Part shown: in pieces, positions 13,540 to 25,900 of the stretch | How positions within the stretch are numbered: the stretch's first letter is position 1 | Layout: each line of letters opens with the position of its first letter | NCBI GenBank assembly: GCA_977030845.1 | Contig: OZ365118.1 | Coordinates: forward strand, 3,224,001-3,288,000 | Direction: 5' to 3' | Length of the DNA stretch: 64,000 bases | From: Fimbriosthenelais zetlandica | Taxonomy: Eukaryota | Notes under the pieces: model-generated | Told to the model about the DNA's origin: nothing | The model's database searches: none | The model's input: only the letters and a program-made list of their open reading frames with translations | Position numbers and translations under genes: made by a program

Positions 13540-14399
13540 CTGTAATCATAAAATAAAGATTTAATTAATTATACTGAAGAAATTTCAGTTAAATGACACA
13601 TGCTTAAAGTGCTTTGCATCTCTGCCAACTTCCAACCGAATTTAAGTTGAAAATTGTCGGAATTTAAGAGTAAACTTAGAAATGAGTTTCCCCAAAGTAT
13701 AATGAGACATTTTGATTGCCTCTTATCTAATTCTCAGTACCATTGTTTAATAACTTGAATGCATAATGTCAGTACAAAACTATAAATACCATGAAACGAC
13801 AAACTGAGGCTAATGATCATGAAATCGGTTGATGAAAACATCAAGTTGTTATGCCTTGATGGTTGCCACCAGCATTCCCTTATATGTTGAATCTTTAAAC
13901 CCATTTCCCAGAAGAGAACAGTTTAAAATATACCAGTAAAGTTACAATGTCTAGGTACTTGTCAGAAAAACTTCTAAACCTCGTTTATTTCACACCCTGC
14001 CTTCCAGCTCTATTCTATTAAGGCGAGGACAGGAGAAAGCTTGCCAAGGTAATCCTGTAGAAAGTTACACTGGGGAGAGAAGTACATGGTGGAGGAAGAG
14101 AGAGCGGGGAGAGTGGGAGATGGATGGTGAGGTATCATGGTTATAGGCCTAGCGGAATATGCCACAAGGTAATGGGCGGTTTGCGAATAATGCGATTGTA
14201 GTGGAATCGGGATTGTCAGCTGTCGCAACTGCCACAGAATATCAGCCACAGTTGCAAGAAAAACCTCAGTATTGGTAAAGAAAATCCTCCCATAGCAGGC
14301 TCACTTCTATTCATTAGAAACTCTAGTTCTGGAGGAACTCGCCCTGCCTAGGGAGGCATAGAATGTAGTGGAATTAGTCAAAGAGACTAGACCCCCGAG

Positions 14400-15423
14400 T
14401 TTCTCAGATAGTGGAGAAAGTGGAGAATTTAGTTGGCTTAGTGGAGAATGTAGTGGGAGATAGTGGGGAACGTAGTAGAGTTAGTGGAGTAATATAGTGG
14501 AGTTATAGTGGGGAACGTAGTAGAGTTAGTGGAGTAATATAGTGGAGTTATAGTGGGGAACGTAGTAGAGTTAGTGGAGTAATATAGTGGAGTTATAGTG
14601 GGGAACGTAGTAGAGTTAGTGGAGTAATGTAGTGGAGTTATAGTGGGGAACGTAGTGGACTTAGTGGAGAATGTAGTGGAGTTATAGTGGGGAACGTAGT
14701 AGAGTTAGTGGAGTAATGTAGTGGAGTTATAGTGGGGAACGTAGTAGAGTTAGTGGAGTAATATAGTGGAGTTATAGTGGGGAACGTAGTAGAGTTAGTG
14801 GAGTAATATAGTGGAGTTATAGTGGGGAACGTAGTAGAGTTAGTGGAGTAATATAGTGGAGTTATAGTGGGGAACGTAGTAGAGTTAGTGGAGTAATGTA
14901 GTGGAGTTATAGTGGGGAACGTAGTGGACTTAGTGGAGAATGTAGTGGAGTTATAGTGGGGAACGTAGTAGAGTTAGTGGAGTAATGTAGTGGAGTTATA
15001 GTGGGGAACGTAGTGGACTTAGTGGAGAATGTAGTGGAGTTATAGTGGGGAATGTAGTGGAGTTATAGTGGGGAACGTAGTAGAGTTAGTGGAGTAATAT
15101 AGTGGAGTTATAGTGGGGAACGTAGTAGAGTTAGTGGAGTAATATAGTGGAGTTATAGTGGGGAACGTAGTAGAGTTAGTGGAGTAATGTAGTGGAGTTA
15201 TAGTGGGGAACGTAGTGGACTTAGTGGAGAATGTAGTGGAGTTATAGTGGGGAACGTAGTAGAGTTAGTGGAGTAATGTAGTGGAGTTATAGTGGGGAAC
15301 GTAGTGGACTTAGTGGAGAATGTAGTGGAGTTATAGTGGGGAATGTAGTGGAGTTATAGTGGGGAATGTAGTGGAGTTATAGTGGGGAACGTAGTAGAGT
15401 TAGTGGACTAATATAGTGGAGTT
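14400..15423. repeat. ~1 kb minisatellite, 44-45 bp monomers with higher-order structure
   Basis: Monomers A=GTAGTAGAGTTAGTGGAGTAATATAGTGGAGTTATAGTGGGGAAC (45), B=A with one A>G change (45), C=GTAGTGGACTTAGTGGAGAATGTAGTGGAGTTATAGTGGGGAAC (44), D=23-bp half unit. Order from 14472: AAABCB AAABCB CD AABCB CDD A(partial). Degenerate lead-in 14400-14471. Confidence 0.97.
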
Positions 15424-15437
15424 GCTCCATGACGTAC

Positions 15438-15615
15438 CATGAGAGTCGCGGGACTGGTTGTGGGCATCACGTGACTGATTGTGGACATCACGTGTGTGGT
15501 CTGTTCGGTCGCCCTCCTCGCTGGGACCTCTGCCACTGTCAGTGTTCGAGCCCTCGCCAGAGGACGTGCTGTCAGCATCACCCTCCTTCTTCAGCAGATG
15601 CAGTAACTGGTGCAC
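15438..15615 (-). CDS. Pcdh: Protocadherin coding exon 3 (CM1-like acidic Ser/Gly motif)
   Basis: Acceptor TTTACTCTTCTTCTCCAG| at 15616 and donor CATG|GTACGT at 15437. 178 nt, phase 0 to phase 1. Encodes VHQLLHLLKKEGDADSTSSGEGSNTDSGRGPSEEGD.., resembling the DSGxGxS acidic motif of delta-protocadherin tails. Confidence 0.9.
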
Positions 15616-18600
15616 CTGGAGAAGAAGAGTAAATCAGTTAACACATTTTTCCATCACTGTCTACATACTGTTGTGTATGTACATTATAGGAAAAATCTTT
15701 TGATGCTGCACCAGCATTGCATCCATCTTTGTAAAGAGAAATATTCAGTGGAAAAATATTTTTCATGGTTTTTTGGTGGTTTTTTTCATGCAATTGGTTC
15801 TCTCTGTCCTACTGATGGTAGGAACCATCAGGTTAGCCATTGTCAGGCTCGATTAAATGACAGTGCAGAGAGAAAATGTAAATTTAAAATATTCATCAAG
15901 TGTCATGCAGGGTCAGTGTAGAATCTAATAGTTGACTCCTATAAATGTAATTGATCATTTAGTTTGATGGCTGCTTTATTAAATAAGCAGCTAGGTAACC
16001 TTCTCTATCGTCGTCTCAGGGCATGCCAGCTATAACTTTGAGTTATATTGCCTGCCCTAAGCTGTCAGGGCCATCTTGATGACCTGATGACTCGTCTTAA
16101 CCCATGCAGGCAGTTCCTGGAATGAGGAATGTCCAGTAATATTAGCTTATTTCACTCATGCATTTAGGGTAGAGTTTCTTGCATTTGCCCAATGCCACCA
16201 CGGAAATTGCTCACAGAATAATTTCACGTAGGCGTTTTTCTTTCTCTGCTACCCTCAGCAAGTGTAGCTTAATTAAATGATTACATATTACAAGTAATTT
16301 AATTTCTGATTTAATTAACTCCACTGAGACTTTGTGATCCCTGTGGTCTGGGTCACTTGGTCATGGACCACTCGACCAAGAAAGGTTGAGGCTTAACTAT
16401 TCAGAGCACTTTATTCTCTCTGTAGAAGTCTGGATGAATGAGTGGCAGAAAGATTTTCGAATCAAATCAACAGGAATAAGACACTGATGTTGGCGATAAC
16501 AAACAACATCATTGAGGCTGTGATAGAGGGAATTCAATGTGCAGCAGAGCTCGAGGTTCTGGTGTTATTTCAAAAATACAGGCCACAAGTTGCGCCCCTT
16601 CATACTGAAGCCTCATTGGTTGCCTATTATCGCCTAATATGATGGCAGACATGCACGTGACCTGCATTAATGAGGTCATGGACATGCGCAGAAGACTGTG
16701 ATCTTGTGAGGGTAACCTTGTTAGACCAGGGCCTCCTGCCCTCCCCCGCCTCCCCACCTACTCACTCCTAACCTTTCTTAGATGCAACAAATTGGACCAC
16801 TTGCTGCTGAAATGTCAGAGCAAATTATTGTTGCAAGTTGCCTATTCCTTTGCTGTAATGAATTTCATGAATATCATTGTACATCTGATGAATATGATTG
16901 TACATCTGATGAACAAAACTTCTTGGAAGTGAAAATGAAATGTTTGAAGAATTGCTGACAATATGAGTTGCTCACTAGCCAAGCCTTACTTCTGAGCAGC
17001 TCAGAAGGAAGAAAGTGACCTATATTTATTATGGATACAGGTTGAAAGGATATGTGTATGAAAGGAAAAAGGCAGTCGCTGCAGGACATGACAACAAAAG
17101 ATGTGAAATGATAAGCCTACCATAAGCACATGAGGCTCAATGTGAGCACATAAATAAAGGGCAATAGACTTGCCACAGTCACTTTCTGAATGAGCAATGT
17201 TAAGGGAAGCTCGGGGCGTTCTATGTTGAATGAATCAGCACTTTGATGGTGGTAATAGCTTGTAAAGTGTCCCCAAAATACAAGCTTCATGGCTAGTCTA
17301 GCTTCAGTAAAGGAAACTCTCTGGTGTGCTGTAGGAAAATATTAAGTGAGATAATGGTGGGAAAATGAGGGAGAAAGAAGAGAAAAGGCTGAGATTGGCT
17401 ACGGGGATGGGCTGGAGGCTGGGGAGATGTTCTCTGTCAAGCTACATTGTTCCTGGTAGTGGTTTGGGTGGGTACGGCACTGTGACAAAGACGGGGCTGA
17501 TAAGGCAGTCTGGTAGGACGTCCTACCTGCCTACCACCACTGTCATCTCACTATTGTACCAGCCACCCCGCCTTGATAGCCCATCTCATTCTGCGGCGAC
17601 AAGATGGTAAAAACCACCTCTCACACACACACACCCAGACAGCAAAAGGCAGAGGAAATTATGAATGGTTGTGAGGATCTATGTGAAAGCGATAATTGAT
17701 AACTTTGCCAGACATTTATCTATGGTTGTGTGAAGGGAAGGACTGAACTTTGGATGTTGGATGAGTCGTCTGACTCCAGGTTGTGATGGGTTGTAGCTAC
17801 ATCACAGAATTGTACTCAGTGATGAATGGCTTTCTCTATAGGAACACAGATAGCTCATAATAGATGAATAGTCCACATCATTCATTCTCACTACAAGAGC
17901 TTAAAGTCAAATTATTTGTCTTTCACTGGATTAAGTATAGGCTCCACGGTATTTGATGTATACATAGATATTCTAATAACCATCAATATCCCCATGGGGT
18001 TTGGACATAAAGTTTGAATTACTCTGGATCTAATTACATTTTAATTATTGTCCAGCGCATTGTGCCCTGTATGATTTAGCAAGTAGCCGCCTATAATGTG
18101 TGTGAGGGAGCCGTTATGTGGCGCTCTATCTAACACTCTATCCCCAAGGTCCTTACTGAACGTTTGAGAAAGAATGAAATGAATTGATGTTTTGGCTGCT
18201 CCGTCTAGTAGATATTAAGCTGAATACTAGAGGAGAACACCAGGTGGTGGAGCACATTAACAGGTCCACATCTGACCATTCCTCACCCCTCACACCACAA
18301 ATCACCTAATGAGGCTTATTGCTGACCCATTAACAATGCCTTATTATGACTCTTCTGCTCGATTAAGAGCGAGGCGAGTCACAGATAGGTGTGTTCACTC
18401 ATTCATTAATGCCCATAACTGGCGACTGAATCAAAATACAAAGCCAGAGGTGCTGGCAATATATCCGGATTATATGCCAGGCGTGCAGGAGGCTGCCTTA
18501 CTCCAATCATTAATCGACCATTTATAGCTCAGAGTATTCTCATCAAAGAGCGATATGAAATCAATCAAGATATAGGATATCAATGAATCACAATCTGTCC

Positions 18601-19807
18601 CGGCTACGACACCAGCCCTGCGGTTGTTCATATTAAAATCACAAACAATGGCCCGTGCAATTATTTGGAAGCCCAAAGGCTTTTCTTTAGATGGTTGCGA
18701 GGAACTTTCTTGTATTGAATGTCAGTTCACTCCCATGAGTCCAACAATTGATCCTAGGTCAATATTTCACTGTTGCACTCTTGGACTACACGGGACTTTC
18801 CAATTTGACAGAGTCTGGGGGTGAATTATTGTTTCTCACACTGCCTGCTGCTCCTTTCTACTTGACTGGCTGTGCTGGTTGTGTTTTATGTTTGTCTGAT
18901 ATCGGGAGATTCTCTTGTTGAAGGTGGAATAGAAGCGGGACGAGGACTGCCTGGGAACGGCTAAGGTGCTTGTTATATGTTAAGACGGGTGGAAAACAGC
19001 GAGGCGATGGCCTGTGGGTGGAGAGGGAATGAAGAGACACTTGTCCGCTAACTAATGGATGTCTATGTGTATGTTCTCACCCGGGCCGCGCAGACAGTGC
19101 TATTGTGCAGATGAGTTCCCTCCAAACATCAAAGAAACTATTTCTGTTTTTTTTTCTCCTCGTGAAGCCAGCAGACCCGCCTCGCGGCCTTTAGTGAAGT
19201 TATGCTAATGAACAGCCATGACTCGGGCAATGACATGTGATTTGTTTTTACCCTGGAGGGTTTTTCTATTGTGTCCAAGGCCTGACCTGACTTGACTTCA
19301 ATATGACATTCATCCATAGAAACACCCTGTCAGCCACCCACCCTACCCCCATATGTTTCCTACATTGATGGGTTCTCGTTTCGAGTTTTACCTTTTTTTC
19401 CGCCTCATGATTGGGGAGTGTTTGGTTTTGAGTCCGCCAATGACTCGCCACGAGCGACATGGCAAAGGTCGAGCAAGGTGATTCCCCAAGGTTAACCAGG
19501 GAGCTGGCAGGCACAGCAATCATAGCACTACTGCCATTTACCTCTTTTATATCCACTTCTTCATCTTAAATCCTCCACAAGCGGTGATAAATGTGAGGAG
19601 ATATGACACATAACTACCATAAAAATATAACCAACAGACTGTAAACCAAGCGAGATTACTCCTCACTTTCTAAAAGCCAGACAAATTAATATCTCCCCAG
19701 AGAGTGGCTTCTCCCCCACCGAAACATAAATCACCATATTTTGTTTTCTCTGCAGGGAGATAAAAATATGTCTTATAATAAAAATAAGACTATAATATGT
19801 TTCTCAC

Positions 19808-19942
19808 CTCAAGTTCCTTCTGAGCCAGGGCCCAGGGCCCCTCCTGTTTACCCACGCCAGAGCTGGATGCTCCGCCGGAAGCGATGGGAGATGAGTGTAT
19901 GGCCGAACTGTGTGCTGGGGTGATCATACTAATATCAGATTT
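19808..19942 (-). CDS. Pcdh: Protocadherin coding exon 2 (cytoplasmic, 45 aa, phase 0-0)
   Basis: Acceptor TTTTCATATTTTATCTTTCAG| at 19943 and donor GAG|GTGAGA at 19807. 135 nt, open in phase 0: KSDISMITPAHSSAIHSSPIASGGASSSGVGKQEGPWALAQKELE. Joins exon 1 (..QQGLQ) and exon 3 (VHQLL..) in frame. Not in the ORF track because it is short. Confidence 0.8.
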
Positions 19943-22833
19943 CTGAAAGATAAAATATGAAAAATCTATAAGAATTTGTTAAGAATTTTGTCTCAGACAG
20001 TGTATCAAGAAACAATGCGATAAGTCAGTTTCAGTATCATGGAAAATATTATGGACTCGGAAAATATTTTCAAATGTATTGGGAGGGAAAAATCGGTTAT
20101 GCCTGTGACGGTTAGGCTTAAGGTGTGACCCATTAAGGAGTTATCCTCACCCTAATGTAACAATTGGTCATATAGAACCCCACACTCCTGTCTTAAAGAC
20201 CCACTTGAGTGTAACTGTTAAGGTATATCTGCCCAGTGTTTAAGGAGATTAATACCCTACTCTCAATGTACTGCTCTCTCATGCACTTAGCCCACTCCCT
20301 ATAGAATTATAATGCCTGTATAGTACTCATTCACTCTACTCACTCTAATCTACAGTACAGCTTCCTCCTACTGACATTGTTTCAAATCCGGATTTACCAG
20401 AGCTGTGTAACAATAACTATGAGATCATGATATAGATGAATAAGAGGAATAGCCAGCCTCCAAGCCAGGCCGGTGTGTGCCCATCTGATATCACTAAGGC
20501 ATACAATGCGGCTTTTATAAGAGTCATAAACATGCCTATATACCCCATTATATCACCCATTATTAGTCCAGCCCCGTCTTGTCGATGTATTCTCATGCTT
20601 TATTTGCTTCTCCACATATGGCTTAGTTTCATGTATGGATGAATATTGAATGACCAATTCAGCAGGGGTATTACTCCCTTAGTCCCCATTCCCAACAACT
20701 TTGAAGCCATTCCGACCGTAGAAGGAGACAATAGGAACCAACAGATGCCAGGCTGTCCAGTGGAAACCGCCTACCGGGTGGCGATCCCTCTCAAGAGGTT
20801 TGTCCCTCAAGTTTGGGGCATTAAAGGTAAATGCCCCATTGGTGGGCAATCCGGTATTGTCCCCCGTACCCACACTAGGCCCTTTCTTGCCGGGTTATGG
20901 ACGATGAAACGGAGCATACACCAACTAAATGTAAATTAGCCACGCTGGCTGACTCCTTGTGGAGAGTAGCTCGTAAATTAGGCTCGTTGAACCCTTCGAT
21001 GCCTCCGTGACTTCAAATCCATCAAAACTGTCACTGTGCCATTGCGCTGAGGCGGTGTAGCGCACACTCGCGCCATATATTTGCGCTGCTATCATTGCCA
21101 TCATTCTGAGGCTTTCTCCATCTGTATGGTAAATAGTCCATAACTCGTTAGCCAGAAGGACTTTCTCTCTAATGTCCTACCTTGGGCTTTTCTATGGAGG
21201 GATTAAGATGTCCATAGAAACGCCCAAATAAGGGTGACTCCCTTGAGGGTTGTTTAAGGGCATTTCTATCAATTATAAGTGCCCAGGTCTTAGATTTTGT
21301 CATTGATTTATATACTGAGATCTAATAAATCACTCAGTCAACTACGGGGAACCAGAATTCTATCTATGAGACATAGAAATAGTCATAAATATACTTTAAA
21401 ATCTTAGGCAGAGTTTTTAATAATATAATTTTACAAAATATTCTCAGGATATATTTAGGAATGCAAAAAAGGTTCTCAAGAAAGGGGTATGAGAATTGTA
21501 GGGAATAATCATTGGTACATGCGAGTACATATATGTACATGTTCGCCCTTCCTGCCCCAGGGAACATTCGGCTTAACTAACCCTTCTGCCTGGACATATA
21601 AATGACCATCTAGTCATGTTAGGACCCAGTAGTAGCCATTTACAGCCCTCACATCCGCTGGTCAACAGCTGAACACCCAGCCTCCACAATATCTGTCTTA
21701 CTCAGGACATCAAAGGCAGCGTGCCCCTCAATAAGCACTAAAACCCGCACCCCTCTACTGAGGGCCATGTCCTGGGTGGGCAGGGCCTAGGACCTCTCGT
21801 TCCGCCCCTTTTCTTGCCCATCTGCCATAAGCTGTCTTTTATCTGAGAGACTCGCCCTGTTTTGTCTGCCTCACATGCCTCCACTGGACCACCAAGGCTT
21901 CATGTACGGCTAATCATGGCTAGACATGCTAGAGGCTTTGTCACTTTTTAACAGAATTTTAAACTGAAATCAGTTGCTTTAGTCACATTTTTTATGCCCA
22001 GAGGGTGTGTTCCACTATCAAAAGTCTTTTAAATCAGGAAATCTGATTAAATTTTAACCCTTTCCACGCCCACCCAGGGTCCAACAGACTTGTTATTGAC
22101 CCCTAAAAAAAGAGAATAATATCTTAGGGGCATTGGCTAGTCTACTGACCAGTGACAAAGCCCTTGACCCCAGTGCTCTCCTCTCAAGGTAGACTTGTCC
22201 GCCAGGCTTTATTCACCTGTATAAGGACCATTTCCAGATCGTTAGATTTGATGAGAACCATTGAGCATGGATTGTTGATATTCCCTCCTTTCAAACAAAT
22301 CACCGGCCATGTTAATAAGCCGGCTTGAAAGCATAAAAACCACACACGGTTTTTTCTCCATCTTCCTTCAGCTCTAGAGGTTCAATTTCAAATCTCAAAA
22401 GCAATTTAAATCTTCTCCCATCAACGAGTGACAACAAATAGAATGTTTTTCTCTCATTTGCCTTGTTAGCTCCCACAGTGTAAGAGGAGAGTGGCAGAAC
22501 TGGATTTAAAAAGCTAACGTCTAAGCAAATCATAGTAAAAATATATCAGATTGATATGAATGATTTTGATTGCTCCTATAGCTAATGAAGATGCTCAAAC
22601 TTGACGCTTTCTACGACTGAAGGGCAAAAAGACAGAACGACTGTCATTTATCATCCAGAAGCCCGTGAAAAAAACATGCAATTTTAAAATGAAAAAACTC
22701 TCAGAGCATGGCGAAGAAAATGGAAAAGAAGAGTTTATTTCCTAATGCGGGGACAAATTTTAGGTCATTAAAATTTTCCACTCCACTCTACCAGCGCGCT
22801 GCATAATGTGGTTAAGGCTTCCTAAAAGACTAA

Positions 22834-22978
22834 ACCCCTCATCTCCCACTCCCCTCCTCTCCCCATCCCCCACTCTCCTCCTCCTCATCCCCCACTCCCC
22901 TCATCTCCCACTCCCCTCATCTCCCCATCCCCCACTCCCCTCCTCTCCCCATCCCCCACTCCCCTCCCCTCATCCCCC
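22834..22978. repeat. C/T-rich ~24-bp imperfect minisatellite (G-tract-rich on the transcribed minus strand)
   Basis: Repeated CCCCACTCCCCTC(A/C)TCTCCCCATC units. The 8-aa periodicity (SSPHPPLP) of the overlapping ORF confirms the 24-bp period. Confidence 0.85.
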
Positions 22979-25900
22979 AAGGCTGTCAACTTGGAAAATT
23001 AGATATGTCATTTATAAAACGTGACGCGCTGTCATAACATGTAAAAAGTGGGAATAAATCTTATAGCATCAACATTAGTGGATTGATGAATAAAGCCCTC
23101 AGTGACAGCCCCTCTCTACCCATTACACACGGCAGGTGATGTTAGGAAGACCCATTAATCCTTAACTTGTCATAACTATCACATTAATACCTCCACGAAC
23201 CTATAAATTACTCCCGTGTCTTTCATATATGATTATGAATAATGCATAAGAGCTATATGTTATTGCTTGTATATTACCCCAGCATTTCAATTCGACAATG
23301 GCGGATTTTTTGTGAAAAGACTTCCCTGTGGTTTCTTAGGTAACTTAAAACACATCTACCCCAACTAAATATTGGTGTGAGACTTGGAGAAATGAGCTGG
23401 TGAATAATGCAGGAGGCTGGTATGCTATTATATGGTGTGCATTAGGCAATGGGATAAGTGTCACTTGCACATGGTGCGTGATGAATGGATTTCACATGAC
23501 TGATCACTTTGTTTAAAATTCACATTATGGACTTTGAAATCGTACAATCCACAGTCTGAATTCTTTTATGTCAACGGTGGAATCTACAATGCAGAGTTGG
23601 GCAATTTTTATCGACACAGTTGAATAATATGTGCATAGGGGAATTTTTCACTCGGTACCTTCTACCTTCCCACAATGTTGAAATGGCATAGTTTCAAGCC
23701 AACATGGATAGTTCTAGTGGGGAAACTATTTCCATAATAGTGGAGTAGAAAGTCTGAACTATCATGGTCGGATAATAATCCCCTCAAATGAAAGGAAATA
23801 TTGAGAATTATGTGAGAGATGAGCTATATAAAGTCCACGCTCACCAAAACACAGGAATTTTGATATTCAAATATTCAGAATTAATCGCAGAAAAATATAA
23901 ACTAATGGATATTTTTGCGGTTTGGTTTAAGTGAGACTGTGGAGGGGATGGCAGGTGGGGAGCGGGGGGAGGAGAGAGAGAGCATTACTCATGTCTGGAG
24001 GTATATCATCGACTGTCTCCTATAGAAATCCCCAGCTTTAAACCACCAATTATGTCAGTCGTTCATCTCACTTTACCCACACTCCTCCCTCATTACTACA
24101 CATTGTCACTTCCCGAGACTGTCCCACATTTTGCATCTCCATGATTCTTCTCACTTCAAGTGTACAAGTTTTAGCTTCAACCAGCGACCATCCAAACCCC
24201 TGAATCGCTCCTCTCCTCTGTTCAGATAATAAGATATATTATGCCCCCAAGATCTAATAAAATTACACAAATGAGAAGTAGGAACTTGTCTTATTTGAAA
24301 TACCTTAAACTTGTTGCATTGTTTCCATGTAACATTTCCTTCAACACCTCCAGAATCTCATTGCAAAGATGATTAGTTTTCATCAGCATCTTTCTAAATC
24401 TTATTAAAACAAGTCCCTTTATAAGCTGGTGACAACAAGTGTAAGATATATTATTTAGCTGTAATTGTACTATTTGCGGGGAGACTGAGTGACTATAAAG
24501 GTCAGACTATCTTGGTGCCGGGTCCTCCTCCCACCTTACTGTCATCCCCCACACACCTCCTCACAGATCCAGGTAGCATGCCAACATTACTCTTACTTTC
24601 AAAGCACCTCTGACATTTGTTGTGAAGCACCTACACACAGAACACCTCCCCTCCTATATATACCCAAGCCTGGCCTTGTATTTTGGGACTTTCATCTATG
24701 ACTTATCCCCAATTATGATAGGAGGGGGTTGGAAAAACAATAAAATGAAAATGTTTTTCAGGACATCTTAGATCATGTAGCGTGTGGTCTGTGGATGTGG
24801 TTCCGTGGGGATGGAATCACAGGGGTGTATGGCTAGCCTTGAGAGTGGCGTCTTTTATGTCTAATACCATGAAGCTTTTATGTAGAAACGCTCGGTATAA
24901 TTCGCCAATTATTTCAACCCCTCCTGTGATGCCTGCATCAGATATACAGTTATATTTGCCGTTGATTTATTCCGCTAGTCTGTATAGGTCTTAATGAGTC
25001 CCGGGCCTGCTACATTACCCCCCTAAACATAATTACCACACCCTCCCTTTGTTCTCCTGTCCTTGTTATCAAGTCCAATTATTCCTCTCCTACTCCCAAG
25101 ACTGACAGAAGGGTTTCGTGAAGAGCCCAATAAATCATTGGCTTCAAATGAAATCATCATTATAGACTCGGTTCTCTCTCCCATGTCCTAAAAACCCCCG
25201 CCTCTCTGGGAAATACCGACATCTTGTTATCAGAAAAAGGACGCCTTTCATTGAAAACTAATTTTTGCTTTTTATCCTTTCCCCCGAAGCCGTTTGCAAC
25301 TCATTTTTCCTCAATTTACAAGATTTAAATGAGTTTTGCTGAAACTTAAGTTAATCATGTTGGTTTCAATTTGCCCCTCTTTAAAGAATGCAAGTTAAGA
25401 ACTGCAGGCATGTAAATGGATTGTGAATACTTATCAGGACTCAAACGTACTCAGCCAATTTACGTGGTGTCATGTATTCATAGTTATACAGAGTTTGTGT
25501 TACCTTCAGTCCCTGGGTAGGAATTAATAATCTTATCCTCATCTTCTCTTATGTTTCTGATGGCAAAAGGCGCCTCTAGCAAAATGTGTGTTATTAACTC
25601 GATCAGTGCTAGGGCTAATAAAAGTAACAAGTGATCAAAGTTGTCCATGCCCCCCTCACATCACCCTGTTCACATACTCTGCTGCCTCCTCCTATACCAG
25701 ATATTACAGAGATTTCTATAAATGTAGAATGATCGATTCAGATCATTAAGAAATCCGTACATAGTGAGACCAATTCCAAACAAAACACCTTCCTGTTATG
25801 GCTATTTTGGTGATGTAATTCCCCGAATGGCTCACTATAGCAGTCGCCAGCCCCCAGCCCCCACAATCCACCTTCCAGGCAATCACAAAGTCCAGGCCAT

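Noticed and set aside
14400-15423. CRISPR-like array
   Set aside because: Monomers are contiguous near-identical units with no unique spacers, there are no cas genes, and the context is a eukaryotic intron.
17121-17328. Possible poison exon in intron 2 (strong-looking acceptor at 17329, donor ATG|GTAGGC)
   Set aside because: In-frame stop after 11 codons and only a moderate donor; GA-rich tracts that mimic minus-strand acceptors are common in this window.
17889-17898. CACTACAAGA, resembling a CACTA transposon terminus
   Set aside because: No matching inverted end and no transposase remnant found.
22054-22067. TTAACCCTTTCCAC, resembling a TTAA-target (piggyBac-like) terminal repeat
   Set aside because: No complementary AAAGGGTTAA end found; similar TTAACCC words elsewhere (6757, 53731) have only short or absent partners.
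22806-23024. 72-aa Pro/Ser-rich ORF
   Set aside because: Translation of the C/T-rich minisatellite.
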